A DNA stretch of 64,000 nt. It comes from Octopus vulgaris. Its lineage: Eukaryota. Shown here one piece after another: positions 43,306 to 57,604 of the stretch. Made by a program: the position numbers and the translations under genes. Location: assembly GCA_951406725.2 (NCBI GenBank), contig OX597817.1, positions 80,414,001-80,478,000 on the forward strand. The letters are read 5' to 3'. A model generated the notes under the pieces. That model was not told where the DNA came from and searched no databases. It saw only the letters and a program-made list of their open reading frames with translations. Numbering within the stretch: the first letter of the stretch is position 1; the number at the start of each line of letters is the position of its first letter.

Positions 43306-44292
43306 TGTTGTTTTTAGAGTGGAAGTTAGTGTTGTAACAATAGTGTCTTGCTGCTATGAATAATGTTACAATAGCCTTCGTAGCCACACCGTTGTTGTTC
43401 CAGCAGCTAGTGTTCTTAATATTACTGTTGCTATAAGGAAGGATCGTTGCTATGTCTAGGGTTAATGCATTATCAGTGTCTATGGTTACAGATATTTGCT
43501 GCTACTTCTATTTCTCTTGTTCTTGATATCTTAGCTATTTCATTCGTCTACTTTTAGTATAGAAATCGTTGTTGCTATAGTTTAATAACACTGCAGATTT
43601 AAATAGCTTAAACTTACCCTCACTTAACCATAGGGTTAAGAGCTATAAGCAAAGGCATTCCAGTTGCGACCATCTCACCTTTTGTTTCTTTGTAATCTCA
43701 GAAAACATTACCCGACGTGTCGTTAATTTAAGGTTATTGATGTTGAATTCCAGGTCATCCATGATCGGTTAGGTCAGGTATAGGAGCAAGCGCCGTTACA
43801 GCCATTTACTCGGGTTATCCAGAGCAATCCTCAGAACAGTGTACCAGATGGAGGGGATCTCTGATTGGTCACATCGATAATTAGACACATTCCAACTATG
43901 ACCATCCTGGTTTCCTTCTTGTAACAGAATCTAGCAGCATATTATCCAATGTTTTTCTCGAAGACATTAAAACAGAGTTGAAGGATTTCACTACTATGTC
44001 TAACAGATCACTCGATTATTTAGTGGCTCTTTCATTAATTCGAACCTGTTATTTTGTTTATGGATGCACTTAAGTTGTTTTTGAATTGTTGCTATTCTTT
44101 TAGTATTATTGTTCATGACACCTTGATGTTGCCATGATTGTGTTGAGAAGTTGAGAATGATGATGATGATGATGAGGAGGAGGAGGAGAGGAGGAGGAAG
44201 AGGATGTCATAAATAGGATAATGCAATCCAAATACACCAAGATAAACACAAAAAAGTGTGTGTGTTATGTGTGTGAGTATGTGCCTATGTGT

Positions 44293-44334
<42 letters not shown>

Positions 44335-45666
44335 GACAGATGGACAGAGAAACAGACAGAGACAGAGACAGACAGAGGAGAGACTTGAGATGTGAGATTG
44401 CAAAGGGAGATAAACAGTCATGGTTAGGTATAAGAATTTGAAAAGAATATGATAGCTTGAGTTGCATGCTGTTCATGTTTAAGAGGACATATAAATAATT
44501 GTTTTCCTGACATATGTATGACATATGTAGTGACGGTGTCTTTGTCTGATATAATCACTACGCATGTTACAGTTTGATTAAATCCATTGAAATTGTTAGA
44601 TCTTTGGACAAAATCATTTATGGAATTTGTTCTGACGTTTTACAATCTGAGATGTTGCGTGGTAGACTTAATCCGTCACCACATTTAATACCACCACCTA
44701 GTCCTTGGCTACCTTAAGCAAAGTTCATTCTGTTGCGAGCATTCAAGCAAGGTTTGGTTTCTGCTAGAGGACTACTGCCTTCATTCCTCCTACACTCTAT
44801 CTAGACCTTGAAACGATAATCATAGACTCTGCTCCTCTGTTTCTGATTCAGCAATGAAAAGAAATAAAAATGAGGTAGACCTGGTAGATATGGCAAACAT
44901 GTCAATATTTGACAGACAAAATTAGAAAATATCCAAATGATAGATGCAGGAAGCCACATTTATATAGTGTCACGGAAACGCCTTGACAAGCGTTATGCAC
45001 TTGCCAAGGAAGTTTACACGGAAGAGTTAAGGTTGATATGACTCAGGAATAAAGTTGCATGCTAATGAAATACTGTTTAATTTTACATTTACAGCGTTTT
45101 TTAGCACTTAAAAAATGCTGACTCGTGCCATTTCGGTTTTTTTTTTTGCATCAGCTTTGGAAATTTATACTATATGAAATGTTTGTTCCATGGCAAAAGA
45201 GGAGTCTCGGGCAGATCCTGTTTCCAAATGAATGACATAGAAAGAGAAACGGAGAGAAGATATTCTCAATTCACTTCAGTTTCTGCCCTCTGAATTCAAA
45301 TCCCGCCAATGCCAGCTTCGCCCTTCGCTTTCTTGCTTTCTTCCTTTTTTGCTTTATTTAATACAGCAACGATAAATAAATACCAGTTCAGAGGACGGTG
45401 TTTTGGCAGAATTGTTTGATGGCAGAGCGAAACGCATTGTGATATCTGCTTCGACTATTTGTATTCTGAGGGTAACCGCTCCGACCACCATGGCGCCTTC
45501 GCTTGAACGATTTCGGTGGAGTGGGAAAAAAGGGAGACTTATATGCATGAATAGTTTCTGGTTATCCATAAAAAAACTACACGTACTTCGTCACGTTTCT
45601 GTTAGAATAATTCATTCAGCTTAGTCGGAGCTCTCTGACTGTTGGCAATAGGTTCAACATCATCCA

Positions 45667-46668
45667 GAAACTTCACTTTGCAATTGATTATCGCCTTGTC
45701 AAAAAAACTCATTTATACTTTTATCTGCCTTATACTCAAGAAACTATGGTAAAAAAAAATTGGTTTCTCAGTCATTTGTTGATAAAGATCAACTCAACAA
45801 ATTTTAATTCAATTAATCTTTAACAAGCAACACTAGCGTTTCAAACAAGTAACTTCTAGTTAAGTGTACGCTAGACGTATTCATTATCTGTGAACTGAGC
45901 CCATAGATCAAAATGATCTCTGGAGTAGACTTTCAAAAAAAAAACCGCCAAATGAAAAATGTCTTAACTCACGATTTGGGCTAGGTTTTCCAAAGGTCAC
46001 CGAAAATTGTAAAATATAGTGTAATATAAGCTACAAAATCTCTCTAAAGCAAGTTATTAAAAGATTTCCATCCATGGTTATACTTCCCTTTATTAAATAA
46101 ATATACAACGTATTCTCCCTCTTTGTAAAGAAGGATGATTAAGAGAAATTTGGGTGTTATTTCTAATAGCTCGATTGACAAAGTTGAAAATTCGTTTTTC
46201 GTCTCATCATTATAATACTATAGCTACTAGTTTCAATTTATTTCTATTGTCAGTGGACGAGATTTTGTCTGAAGTCTTAAATTCGCAATATTTCTACAAC
46301 CACATATATTTCCCTATTAATTGCATAGTGTTTCTTGTTCGTGCCAAGTTTAGTTCTTCCATTTGACACTAGATAGAAGAACATTGTTTGAATCGTGTTG
46401 TTCTCATTACTATTTCTACCACTACTGCTACTACTGCTGCTACTGCTACAAACTGGGTTACTATTGTTGTTTTTACTGTTGCTGTACTGCTCAGGTAAGT
46501 CCTCTTAATCAAACATATGGTCCTTACGTTACCGAATCTGTTGTGTCCTAGTTTTTACTCACGAAAGTAAGTTTTGTTGCTGTGAATGCTAAAACTACAT
46601 TTACAGTTTTTTACTGTTCTCGTGACACCAAGCTTGCTGTTGTTGGATTCCTTTTTGTTGCTTTTGCC

Positions 46669-46748
<80 letters not shown>

Positions 46749-47614
46749 CACTATCGTCGTCGTTGTTATTACAACTGCTGCTGTGGTGATTGTTGTGGTT
46801 CAATTAAACGTATAATTGTTATAACTGTGTTTTGCCTTCGTTCAGCTGACTTATTTAATGCTTTGTTGGTGTTATTGTTGTTTGGGATGGTGTTGGTAAT
46901 TTCATGACTGCTTTTGTTCTTGCTTATGTGGTTGTTGTTGTTGTGATTGCTGTTGTTTTAACTGCACATGATACTGTTGGTTGCAATTACTGATGCTTTC
47001 TTCTTGTTGTTGTTGTTGTTGCTGTTGCTGTTGCTGTTGTTATTGTTTCTGCTACTGCTGTTGTTGTGATTGCTTTTGTGATTGCAGTTGATTCCTTTCC
47101 TACTTCCCCTCTTTAATATTTCATCATTTTATATTCTCGTTCTCATCACTTGTGGAGAAATCAATCCATCCTACAATTGATTTCTCTTACTTTCACTTTC
47201 GCATCTCTTTACTTTACCTCTTCTCATCTCCAGCAGGGTAGCCGCATTGACTGTTAAAATTACTTTACAGCTCAGTAAATCTTAATGCTTACTTAAGTGA
47301 CGAATTGAACATGCTTTGTTGGGCAATTCATAGAGAGAAATTGCTCTTGACGGATCATTTTGATCTATGGACTCAGTTCACAGATAATAAATACGTCTAG
47401 CATACAGTTAACTAGCGGTTAGTTGTTTGAAACGCTAGTGTTACTTATTGGTATAGTAAACAAAACGAAAAATGAAACTAAAACTAGTTGAGTGAATCTT
47501 TATCAATGAATCATTGAGAGACCAGATCTTTACCGTAGTTTCCTGGGCACGAGGCAGATAAAAGATTAAATAACTTTCTTGATAGACCAACAGTCAATTG
47601 AAAATTGAAGTTCC
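45667..47614. repeat. Diverged inverted repeat pair (45667-45918 and 47353-47614)
   Basis: For example acactagcgtttcaaacaa...gctagacgtattcattatctgtgaactgagcccatagatcaaaatgatc matches the reverse complement of the second copy. Confidence 0.85.
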
Positions 47615-48099
47615 TATATACTACGGAGCCCATGCACGAAACTCGGGTGAACTCTGGTTTTGTGAAAATAAATTGTTCTCTCAAAAACTTGGTAAAGTAC
47701 TCGTAATTTATTTGAACTCTCGACTAAAAGATAACTCGGGTGGAGTGCAAACAATATCCCAGCAGCTCAACTGTTCTAAATCTACTAGAAATAATGAAAC
47801 TTCAGTAAAAGGCATTACTTGATAAAGCTTATAATAGAAAGAGCTAATTATTTAGAAGCAGTTCAATTTGTTTTAATTATTATTTTCAAATTTTAATCGA
47901 CAAAGAGTTTAATTTGACCCCGAATTAATAGCACACACTAGATACTTATTTTTGTGAGAGAGTAGAGATGCGAAAAGTTATGTGCAGTATCTTGAGTTTA
48001 AGATCTTAAAATATTATTCAGAGATTCTTGAATGCAGTTGACGTATGTGTATAAAAGCGAATGATCAGTTTTTAAATTCTTAATACGGAAAAACAGGTA

Positions 48100-48305
48100 C
48101 CGAGTGGCAGAATCGATAGCAAGTCAGGCGAAATACTTAGCAGGATTTTACCGGTTTTTACATTCTGAGTTTAAATTTCGCGGATGTCGATTTTGTCTTT
48201 AATTATTTCGAGGTCGATAAAATAAGTATCAGTTGAGAACTAGACCCGTTGTAATCGACTTAACCGTCCTCCTAAACTGTCCTCCTTGTTCTGAAATATG
48301 AAACC
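48100..48305 (+). mobile_element. SINE family A
   Basis: cgagtggcagaatcgatagc...gaggtcgataaaataagtatcagttgag. Confidence 0.8.
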
Positions 48306-50039
48306 AATTGGGAAACAAAATTCCTTTAAGTTTTCTAAAGGAAGCAACATAGTAAAGATCGGCAAATGTAATATATTTTGGTTTTATTTTAGACATTGTA
48401 CTACATTGTTAGAGAAGCTAATATGAAATGAGACATTAATTTATGTTTTGTTTTTCCATACAGCTCACTCTGATAGCATTGTTGAGATCTTTTATCAGCC
48501 TCTTGATCCTTGGAAAAAGAATTTAATTTGGCAGGGTAAAAAATTGCTCTCTGAGAGTAACAGCACTGATAAGGGATAAAAACTAAAATTGGTTGCTTCT
48601 GATTGGTTTCATTTTCTCATTCATATTGGAATCGAAGCCATTTAGTTGATAGTTGACAAAGGTTGGATATATCACACTTTTAGGGCATCGTATATTCTGT
48701 TACATGTTTCCATACCTGGCTTTAAATCTCGAAAATATGAAAAGAGTGAAGCGTTTAGAGAGTAGTGAGGCTTCTTAGATGTACAACACCTCAAAGTAAT
48801 ACAGATAACACAAACTAGTCTGTCTCTTGTCCCATTAAAGTGGCAAAAGATGTTTCAATTCGCAAATGAATGCCTATGGTAGGGATTTAAGAAGGGTTGA
48901 GGAAAAAGAAATTCTGAAGAAGTTTTGCTGTATGTGTGCAGAATGGAACTGGAACATAACTAACTAATTGAGAAATTGTAGATAAGATCTGTCGTTAGGA
49001 GGTGTGGATCGGGCAATCGTAAAGAAGTATATATCGCAGTTTGAAGAATAGGTGAGCTTACAAACTATGCCATACACGAAAGCGGTCTCCACTAACACAA
49101 AAAATAATTTACAGACACTTATGTTGTTGTTGCTTAAACTATATCAGCTTTCATTGAACTAATGCTTTGATCAAGACGCTCTGTGACCTTCTGCCTTATT
49201 TTTCTGACGTACTATATCTCACTACTTGGACCTGCAGATACTCAGATAGTGTGCATCACTATAAGACAAATTTTTGTAGATCTTTTGCGAAAACCGTTCC
49301 CTGCTGACGTTTCACCATAGCTTGATCAATTTCTGTCGAAACATTTTCCCTGTCATTAACGGCTGTTTATGATCAGAATAGATCAAATAAAAAGCAACAA
49401 TTGACTTTGTTTATTAAAAATGAGTGCAATAATTTAATATTTATATATATCATTTTGTTATATAAATAAATATATAAATGATAATGGTTTGGAAAGTTTC
49501 TTAGGAAGTTCTCAGTTGTGTTCGAGTTTTTATTTAGGAAGATGAAAATGTTGCTTTCAGTGTAGAAATATGTCTTATGAATCGGTCAAGATGTTTTATT
49601 GTCAGCTGCTAGAAGGGATTCAGTTGATGTTCGTACTGGCCCAAATAGTTATTTCGTTCCAGCATGGAAATTTCTGAGGTCATTGGAAGAAGATTCCGAT
49701 AGTTTATAGCTGATCTATCCATACTTGAAGTGTAATACTGGATCAGACGGAAACTGTTTAGAATTCCTTGATTGCATAAGTAATTTCAAAGGCTAACTTT
49801 GAATACACCTGAACATTTCGTTAAGGGCACACGTCTTTGTGGTTAGCTCAGGAAATTACACGTTAATTCAGAAGAAAGTAATTCAACTGAAGGTGCAATT
49901 GAATCCTCCTCATCGACTGGTGAAGAACCACCATCAGATTTAATATTTACCTGTAAAATCTATTATCTATTTCACGTAACATCCATTCCAAGATGGCCTT
50001 TTATCAATTTCCTGCAGTTATGAAGAACAACGTGTATTC

Positions 50040-50254
50040 TATTCTTTTACTTGTTTCAGTCATTTGACTGCGGTCATGCTGAAGCACCGCCTTAAACGGT
50101 CTTTTAGTCGAAGAAATCGACCCCAGGATTTATTCTTTGTAATACTAGTACTTATTCTATCGGTCTCTTTTGCCGAACCGCTATGTTACGAGGATGCAAA
50201 CACGCCAACATCGGTTGCCAAATGACGGTGAGGGAGACAAACACAGACACACGC

Positions 50255-50341
<87 letters not shown>

Positions 50342-50477
50342 TATATATACATTTTTCACTTTCCGTCTACCAAATCCACTCACAAGGGTTTGGCCGGCCC
50401 GAGGCTAAGTAGAAGACTGAACCTAGAACCATATGGTTGAGAAGCAAACTTCTTAATACACAGCCACGCCTGCACCT
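50040..50477 (-). mobile_element. SINE family B
   Basis: Same consensus as 41025-41450, with internal (TA)n. Confidence 0.9.
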
Positions 50478-50689
50478 ATATTGTTTCAATGAGTGAAAGC
50501 ATTTCCAGAACAAAAATTTGAACTCAAAATCATTGAGTTACAAGACAACTAGCCATCTTTCTGCTTGGCAAATCACCAAAGGTTAGCAGTAAACTGGGCT
50601 AGCGACTTCTAGAAACATCTATTTCTTAGGTGAATATCTTTAATAACTTCTGCAGAAAAAAAAAAAAACTAGCAGCTTTTAGAAGTTGC

Positions 50690-50950
50690 ACACGCCCTCT
50701 CCCTGCCTATCACTACCAAGACCTACAAACACAGGATAAGAGCTTCCGCCATTTAGCCATTAGCATTTAGAACAATCTACCGGAAGCTGCTGTCAGAATC
50801 ATTTCAGCCAGCAAAATACACTCAAAGCGTCTCGAGTGCACGACCAATCTCTTATCTCTTGCTCCCTTGAAAAGCAGTAAACTACTGATTGGCTAGGTGG
50901 TTCCCAATTTGAAATCAAATATCCAATGAGGATATTTGTCCAATGATGCG
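50690..50950. promoter_or_regulatory. Putative promoter-like motif cluster (5 CCAAT, ETS, YY1, KLF/Sp)
   Basis: CCAAT at 50844, 50888 (minus), 50904, 50923 and 50940; accggaagc at 50779; ccgccattt at 50746; cacgccc at 50691. Confidence 0.35.
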
Positions 50951-51121
50951 TGTTTATTATAAAAATAATAATAATAATAATTAAAAATTGAACTTTAGCC
51001 AGAACGTGACAAACTGAAACTTTGTTTTGTTTTATATTTTATTCGAATTGAAGAGACATCGTTCGTGATCTTCATAGTATCTCCACATAGTTATTATTAC
51101 CTGCTCTTGGAGACTTATAAG

Positions 51122-51620
<499 letters not shown>

Positions 51621-52213
51621 ATAAAATTTTCAGGATCAGGTGTTTAAATTGTAAAAAGACCAAGGTAGAATCGGGGACGGCGTGCCAGTGCTCTAACAAT
51701 GTGTACTCACAAATACGTACTTGTTAAAATAACTGCTGATTTGTCATTGCAGTTATACACACATTTACGTGTACTGACAGAATACACAACGTATATTCAA
51801 TGTCACATAGGGGTACACTCACTACACGCATTCCACAGTTGAATGTAGGCTTCGGATCTAAATGTAACGTTCCGAGTTATGTGAAGAATAAACGGTAAAA
51901 CACATGGGTGAGATTCAGTATACTTGTTTTTTATGTGTTCTTCATAGATGAACAGAAGCATTACATCATACAAAACCAAAAAAGAACACTTTCTTCAGTT
52001 GAATAAAGAGAGTTATCTGGTTGGCAGCGCTGTAGAGCCGTAAACTGGTTGATTGGGTCATTTTGCACTATGTTCTATTTTGTGAGAAATTCTGGATGTT
52101 CAATTTTCTCTTTTATTCATCCGAAGAAAATTGTATTTTTGCGTTACGTAACGTATTGTTCATCAATAAAGAACAGGTCTGAAACAGCTGTAGTGAATCT
52201 CAACACATCTTTG

Positions 52214-52302
<89 letters not shown>

Positions 52303-52388
52303 TATATGTATGTATGCATGTATGTATGTGTATAATTATGTATTGATATATATATAGATAGATAGATAGATATATGTACACACACACA

Positions 52389-52435
<47 letters not shown>

Positions 52436-52450
52436 CAATACATACATTAC

Positions 52451-52910
52451 GGCCGAGTATACGTGTGGAGCCAAAAGAAGCGTTTGATCTAGACTGCCTT
52501 CTTCCAACTATTAAACATGGAGGAGGGTCTGTGATGATCTGGTGGAGGGGGCTATATCTTGGAAATCCGCCGGCCCAATGGTTTCTCTTCATGGCAGAAT
52601 TAATAGTCAAGACTATTTAAGTATTTTATTTTATCAAATTCATCATATGGTTGCGGAACTGTTTCCGGAGCGTAACGCAATCTTTCACGATGATAATGTA
52701 TTAATTCACACAGCTATAGTTGTTACTGAATGGCACGACGAACATTCTAGTGTGGGTGAACATCTTATTTGGCCACCACAGTTCCCAGATCTCAATATTA
52801 TTGAACATTTATGGTGCATTTTACAAAAACAAGTAAGGAGTCGATATCCTCCACCATCACCACTACAAGAACTGGAGACTGTTTTAGCTGAAGAATGGAC
52901 AAGAATTCGT
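52451..52910 (+). mobile_element. Tc1 (DD34E-type) transposase remnant
   Basis: [15 protein letters not shown] / [12 protein letters not shown]...AIFHDDNVLIHTA...LIWPPQFPDLNIIEHLW. Frameshifted and truncated. Confidence 0.9.
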
Positions 52911-52961
52911 TTGAGTTCAAATTCTACCTAACTTATTCTATGATTTTTTACACTTCAGTTA

Positions 52962-53265
52962 TTCTTTGTTCCTTCTCGACCCACGCCTGGCTTATAGGGC
53001 AGGTTTCCCGGTTTCCTTAGAGTATAGGTTCCCCACCTGGACGGGACGCCTGTCCGTCGCAGATGAGCTGCAAGATGCAGGAGGAAAGAATGAGAGGAAG
53101 TTGTGGCGAAAGAGTCAGCAGAAGTTTGCTATTACCTTCTGCCGGAGCCGCCTGGAGTTTAGGTGTTTCGCTCATAAACACACACACCGCCCGGTCTGAG
53201 ATTCGAACCCGTGATCTCTCGACCGCGAGTCCACTGCTCTAACCACTAGGCCTTGTGCCTCCACA
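52962..53265 (-). mobile_element. tRNA-derived SINE with V-domain-like core (family C)
   Basis: Minus strand ggcctagtggttagagc (A box)...gggttcgaatctc (B box)...ctgcgacggacaggcgtcccgtccagg. Confidence 0.8.
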
Positions 53266-53572
53266 CACTGCATCGTACTTCCCATAAGGGGAAGTTGAAA
53301 TAACTGAATCAGCACGAGTTGATATAAACCTCTAACAAGCAAAATGTTTGCTTAGGAGATCGATAGAAAGATCGAGAGAACGAAAGAGTGCGAGCCCTAT
53401 TCCGATTACAGATTTGCTTAAAACAATTAGCAAAAGCCCAGGAGATGTAAATATGGGGGTGGGAAGTGCATTAAATAAACAACAATAGCTAAAAAAAACG
53501 TACACGTAGAACATACACAAACGTATCTATTCCTTCATCAGTTATCAACCGAATGGTAATACTCAGTTTGGT

Positions 53573-53625
<53 letters not shown>

Positions 53626-55319
53626 TGTAAATAATAATAAATACAAGCTCAAAGCTTATAAGCGAATACCGCGCACACGTATAGGCTAAATATAAAGGAA
53701 ATAGTCTAATATTGAGACATATAAGAACTCGACGGAAAAAAGTGGGGTTTTTTCCTACATAAAAACATACTTTTATCTATCGAGGGTTTATATGCCCCAA
53801 TATCAGATTATTTTCTGTAGCCAAACACGGTGATCGCTTATAAGCTTTAAGCTTATAATTATTATTTAGAAAATTGTTACTCCTCACTGTTTCTCCATTT
53901 AACGTATGTATGTGTGCTACCAAGTGGTACCAAGTGGTAATAAGGATTAATATTTCATATGAATGGGAATCAAATATATGCGTATGCGAGACACGAAAAA
54001 TCGCATGACTTACTATATACACTGAGGTTTTATATGTAACAGAGTGGAGGCTGATGTAACGGTTAAGACTTTAGCAGCAGCATGACGTCATAGACATGTC
54101 GGCTGTCGTTTGCTTATAAATGTCTTACGCTTTTTCACTGGTCAATTTTACTGCCCATACGTAGATTCTAATTTTCGAGAAAAGCTTCTTTTCCACGAAG
54201 AAAAATCGTGTTTACGGCTGTTATCAAAAAATCCTGATTTTGGGGAAATTATTCAGTAACCCTTGATTTACTATACGTCATTCAACTAGATTATACATTT
54301 TGATTATATTTCATCAACAACCAATGAATAAAATATATTTTAACGTAGTAAATATATAGTTCTTAAATTTATTCTTCTTCTTTGTAAGAATCTTTCTAAC
54401 AATATACACGTAGCCATTTCAATACTTGATACTGAACATATATTCTACACTACAACCTTGTCACTCATTCTAGCAATGCTATTTTGCATTGTTTCTCCTT
54501 CATGACCTTATGTCATACCTTTCTAAACCTTTTTTAATAGTAATTTTGAGGAACTAGAAAAATTTTCCTGTCGTCTTTCTCACGACAGATTCTTTCAAAA
54601 GGTTTTTCCTCCTTTATGATATGTACTGCAATTTTTCCTATCACTATTATGTTGTGATAAATTAATAGTAAGCATTTTCACTTTCTATAAATAAATGATT
54701 GTTGTTAAATCTAGTCTTTCTTTTGATCTTTGAATTAGCTAAAGATATATTTGCATACACCTTATGAAGTTAGACTCAAGCTTTTTATCAACGCGAGAAT
54801 AGTCGACCCACTATGAAGAAACGAAATAACATTCTTCAGATAAACTTGACTTCACCTTGGTATTAAAAACACATCTTATCCAGTTTAAACTGTCTTATAA
54901 CGGTGATGTTAGTGAAATGTCGGTATCTTCAACATACATGCCGAACGCCGTTACGAGTGCATATTACTTCTAGCGTTCTGTTTACGTCTCATATTACTTC
55001 TAGCGTTCTGTCTATGCCTCGCAAATAAATGATTGATAACCCGACATAACCACCAACATCCAAACCGTTATACTGATATTAATCAAACGAGCTGCGTGTA
55101 GTTGGTGGTGGACACAGAAAATGTGACATGTCGATGAAAGCGATGTTGCTTGTAGGCCTTCAAATCCGCAGCTGCTCAAGTTATTCCAAAACGGTGCGCG
55201 ATACTGCTGGGAGGAAGTTGCTAGTCCTATTATTACGTCTCTAGCTCAGATTGGCTGGTGTCTGCCAAAGCACAACTAAGCTACAGCAACAAAATAGATC
55301 ATTCCTGTCTCACTACATA

Positions 55320-55703
55320 TCCATTATATAAAATCCGTTCTGTCTGTCTGTGTGTGTGTGTCTTCTAGGATCTCAGCATCCTCCATCCGATTGCGCTCAA
55401 ATTTGATATGTAGATACCGACGGTATCAGGGCGTGTTTAAGTCTTTAAAAAATTACAAAAATCGATTCCAGATGAAAACACATTCGATAAAGCCGTGGGA
55501 ACGTGCATTTGTACGCGCATGTACATCAGCTGTTGCGATCGATACTACGCGCACACGAAGAAAATGCACGTGCAGGTTGCGCAAAAAAACGGCTGGCTTG
55601 AAATAATACCACAAAATGGGACGGTCGGACAAGTTGTTTTGAGAAAATTTGGTTTAAATGATTGACAACTCAGCACCGTCCATTGGACGGGGGCGTTTTG
55701 CTC

Positions 55704-55704
<1 letters not shown>
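55320..55704 (+). mobile_element. Non-autonomous Helitron
   Basis: 5' a|TCcattatataaaa with a (gtct)n/(gt)n tract; 3' hairpin ccgtcc-att-ggacgg, then CTCG|t (variant of CTRR). Confidence 0.75.
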
Positions 55705-55741
<37 letters not shown>

Positions 55742-56339
55742 TTATTTATTTATTCATTTATCTAGTATCTCTGTGTAAGAACCTGAGTACTTGAATAAAG
55801 AATTAGTATATATAAATCACAGTACGTGGGTGTATATTGACTAACACATGCATTTCCACAATTCTCAACCGATTTCCACCAAACTTTGCACGCACATTGC
55901 GTATGTCCAAAGGATAGTCATGCACAATAACATTTTGCCCGGAGCTCCCGCGTAAAAAAAAACGGTGGTTTTCGCGTTTTTTTTCTAATTCGTTCTATGT
56001 ACACAGTGTTTTTGTATGTAAGGTCTTCCATAATTTTTTTAATCTATAAGGTCTTGTATTGGTATTACAAAATATATTTTTAGTGGTTTTCACATTTTTA
56101 TTTTTATATTATTCATTTATATGTTATAATTGTGTATTATTACTTGGTTAGAGAATATTATAAATTAAAGGTATTTTGTCTATTTCTTTACTTTGTCCAC
56201 CTGCGACAGTGATTAAATTGACTAGGAACACTACGCGATGAATATCCAATACCAGACAATCTTAATCTCCATATTCAAACTGCGTTAAACTTTGGCGGGC
56301 TTACCTTTACCTGTTCTGAGTTACTTGAATTGTAATGTT

Positions 56340-56940
56340 CCCTTCCATTTGCTTCTACCTTTGTTTAAGTATCAATGCGCTGTTTCACTTTAAGGATGCT
56401 TATTTACCCATCCATTGTGATATTTCGAATGTGGCATCTTTTCACTGCGAACTGCTAAAGATTCAAAGCAGTATTCGTGAACTGAAGTCGAACTCTTCAT
56501 GTCTTTATTTTTCGTTACCTGAAGTCAGTTTCAGAATGGTCATACACTGTAAGCGCGTAGCAAATTCATTCCTTAAACTCTACTTTTATCATTTTCGAAC
56601 GTATCAAGCAAACTGCTCTCTGAAAAAAATATCTCTCTTTGCTGTTGAGTTAAATAAACTGCCAGAGGGGAAGTTTCCTTACACCATTTATATGGCTGTT
56701 TCTGACAAGAAATTTCGCTTTCATGTAAAACAAACTATATTTTGTAGTCATTATCCGTAATCTACTACCAAAACACTTCAGTCGCTCTGCTTTGCATCGC
56801 TTGCAAACTTATATGTTCGATGACCATTAAAGTGCAACGAACTCTACAATAACCAGTCTTCAATTCTGTTTTCTGTTCCTAGGTTATTCTGAAACGTAGA
56901 TTGCTATGCTACTCATAAACTTTCTCGGTAGTTCAATTAT
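56340..56940 (-). mobile_element. Decayed hAT (Charlie/GTF2IRD2-like) transposase remnant
   Basis: Minus strand KAKFLV...LRNEFATRLQ...EYCFESL...KMPHSKYHNGWVNKH resembles the hAT dimerisation motif TY.CE..FS.MK..KSKYRN.L..KHL. Confidence 0.45.
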
Positions 56941-57250
56941 TTGGTAAAAAAAACCACTAAAGCAACTTAAGCCGTCTAAAGGAAGGGTGCATTTGTTAGT
57001 ACATACATACATGCATAAATACATACATCATTTTGGCCGCCATGGGTTTTGCAGTAAATCACTAAATCATCTATAACTTTTGTGTTATCCTCTCAAATTA
57101 CACCAAATTCTCAGACAATAACAATTAATATTGTATTTATTGTCTGGGAAAATTATAGAACATAAAACAACTTTGATAAAAAACTTATACCTACTTTTCA
57201 GCCGAAAACAATGCCGTTCTGAACATTTTGGCCGCAACTGTATATGTCTA

Positions 57251-57283
<33 letters not shown>

Positions 57284-57409
57284 TTTGATACTTTGATACT
57301 TTGATAGGTTTCGGCCATTATTGGCCCAGGCCATGTCTAACTTAATAGCACTACCTGGTGCTGTATATATATATATACATATATATATGTATAAAAAATA
57401 TATATTAAA

Positions 57410-57534
57410 ATACAAAATGGGACAAGAACGCAAAACGTTCAAATAGACGACGCAAAAAACGGACGGGTCATTCGAAGCCTCTAATCTTCAGTCAAGAACC
57501 GGATCATCCTCGCAATTTCGGCTGATTAATCTTG
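57410..57534 (-). mobile_element. Interspersed repeat, same family as the hairpin arms at 20212-20398 and the copy at about 9800-9932
   Basis: atacaaaatgggacaagaacgcaaaac...atagacga...ggacgggtcatt is shared among the copies; each abuts TA-rich microsatellite. Confidence 0.7.
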
Positions 57535-57604
57535 TATACATATATATATATACACCATTTTTTACAAGTTGATGTTTTTATAATTGCATTTCTATTTTAT
57601 GACA

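Noticed and set aside
49304-49329. Minus-strand TTGATCA...GAAACGTC hammerhead-like word
   Set aside because: Two core substitutions and no helix I.
49843-49950. Minus-strand terminal-exon candidate VNIKSDGGSSPVDEEDS...
   Set aside because: Overlaps the antisense of a degenerate family-D SINE body; no homology recognised.
53195-53265. tRNA gene
   Set aside because: It is the tRNA-like head of a SINE: no complete acceptor stem, and it continues into the SINE body.
54082-54091. Perfect CRE palindrome atgacgtcat
   Set aside because: A single short motif, plausible by chance in 64 kb.
54961-55020. 30-bp tandem duplication
   Set aside because: Two units only; ordinary local duplication.
56335-56760. 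141-aa plus-strand ORF
   Set aside because: No recognisable domain; the opposite strand carries decayed hAT transposase motifs.
57466-57525. CTGAAGA and GAAA words on the minus strand as a hammerhead
   Set aside because: The helices cannot be arranged into type I, II or III topology.
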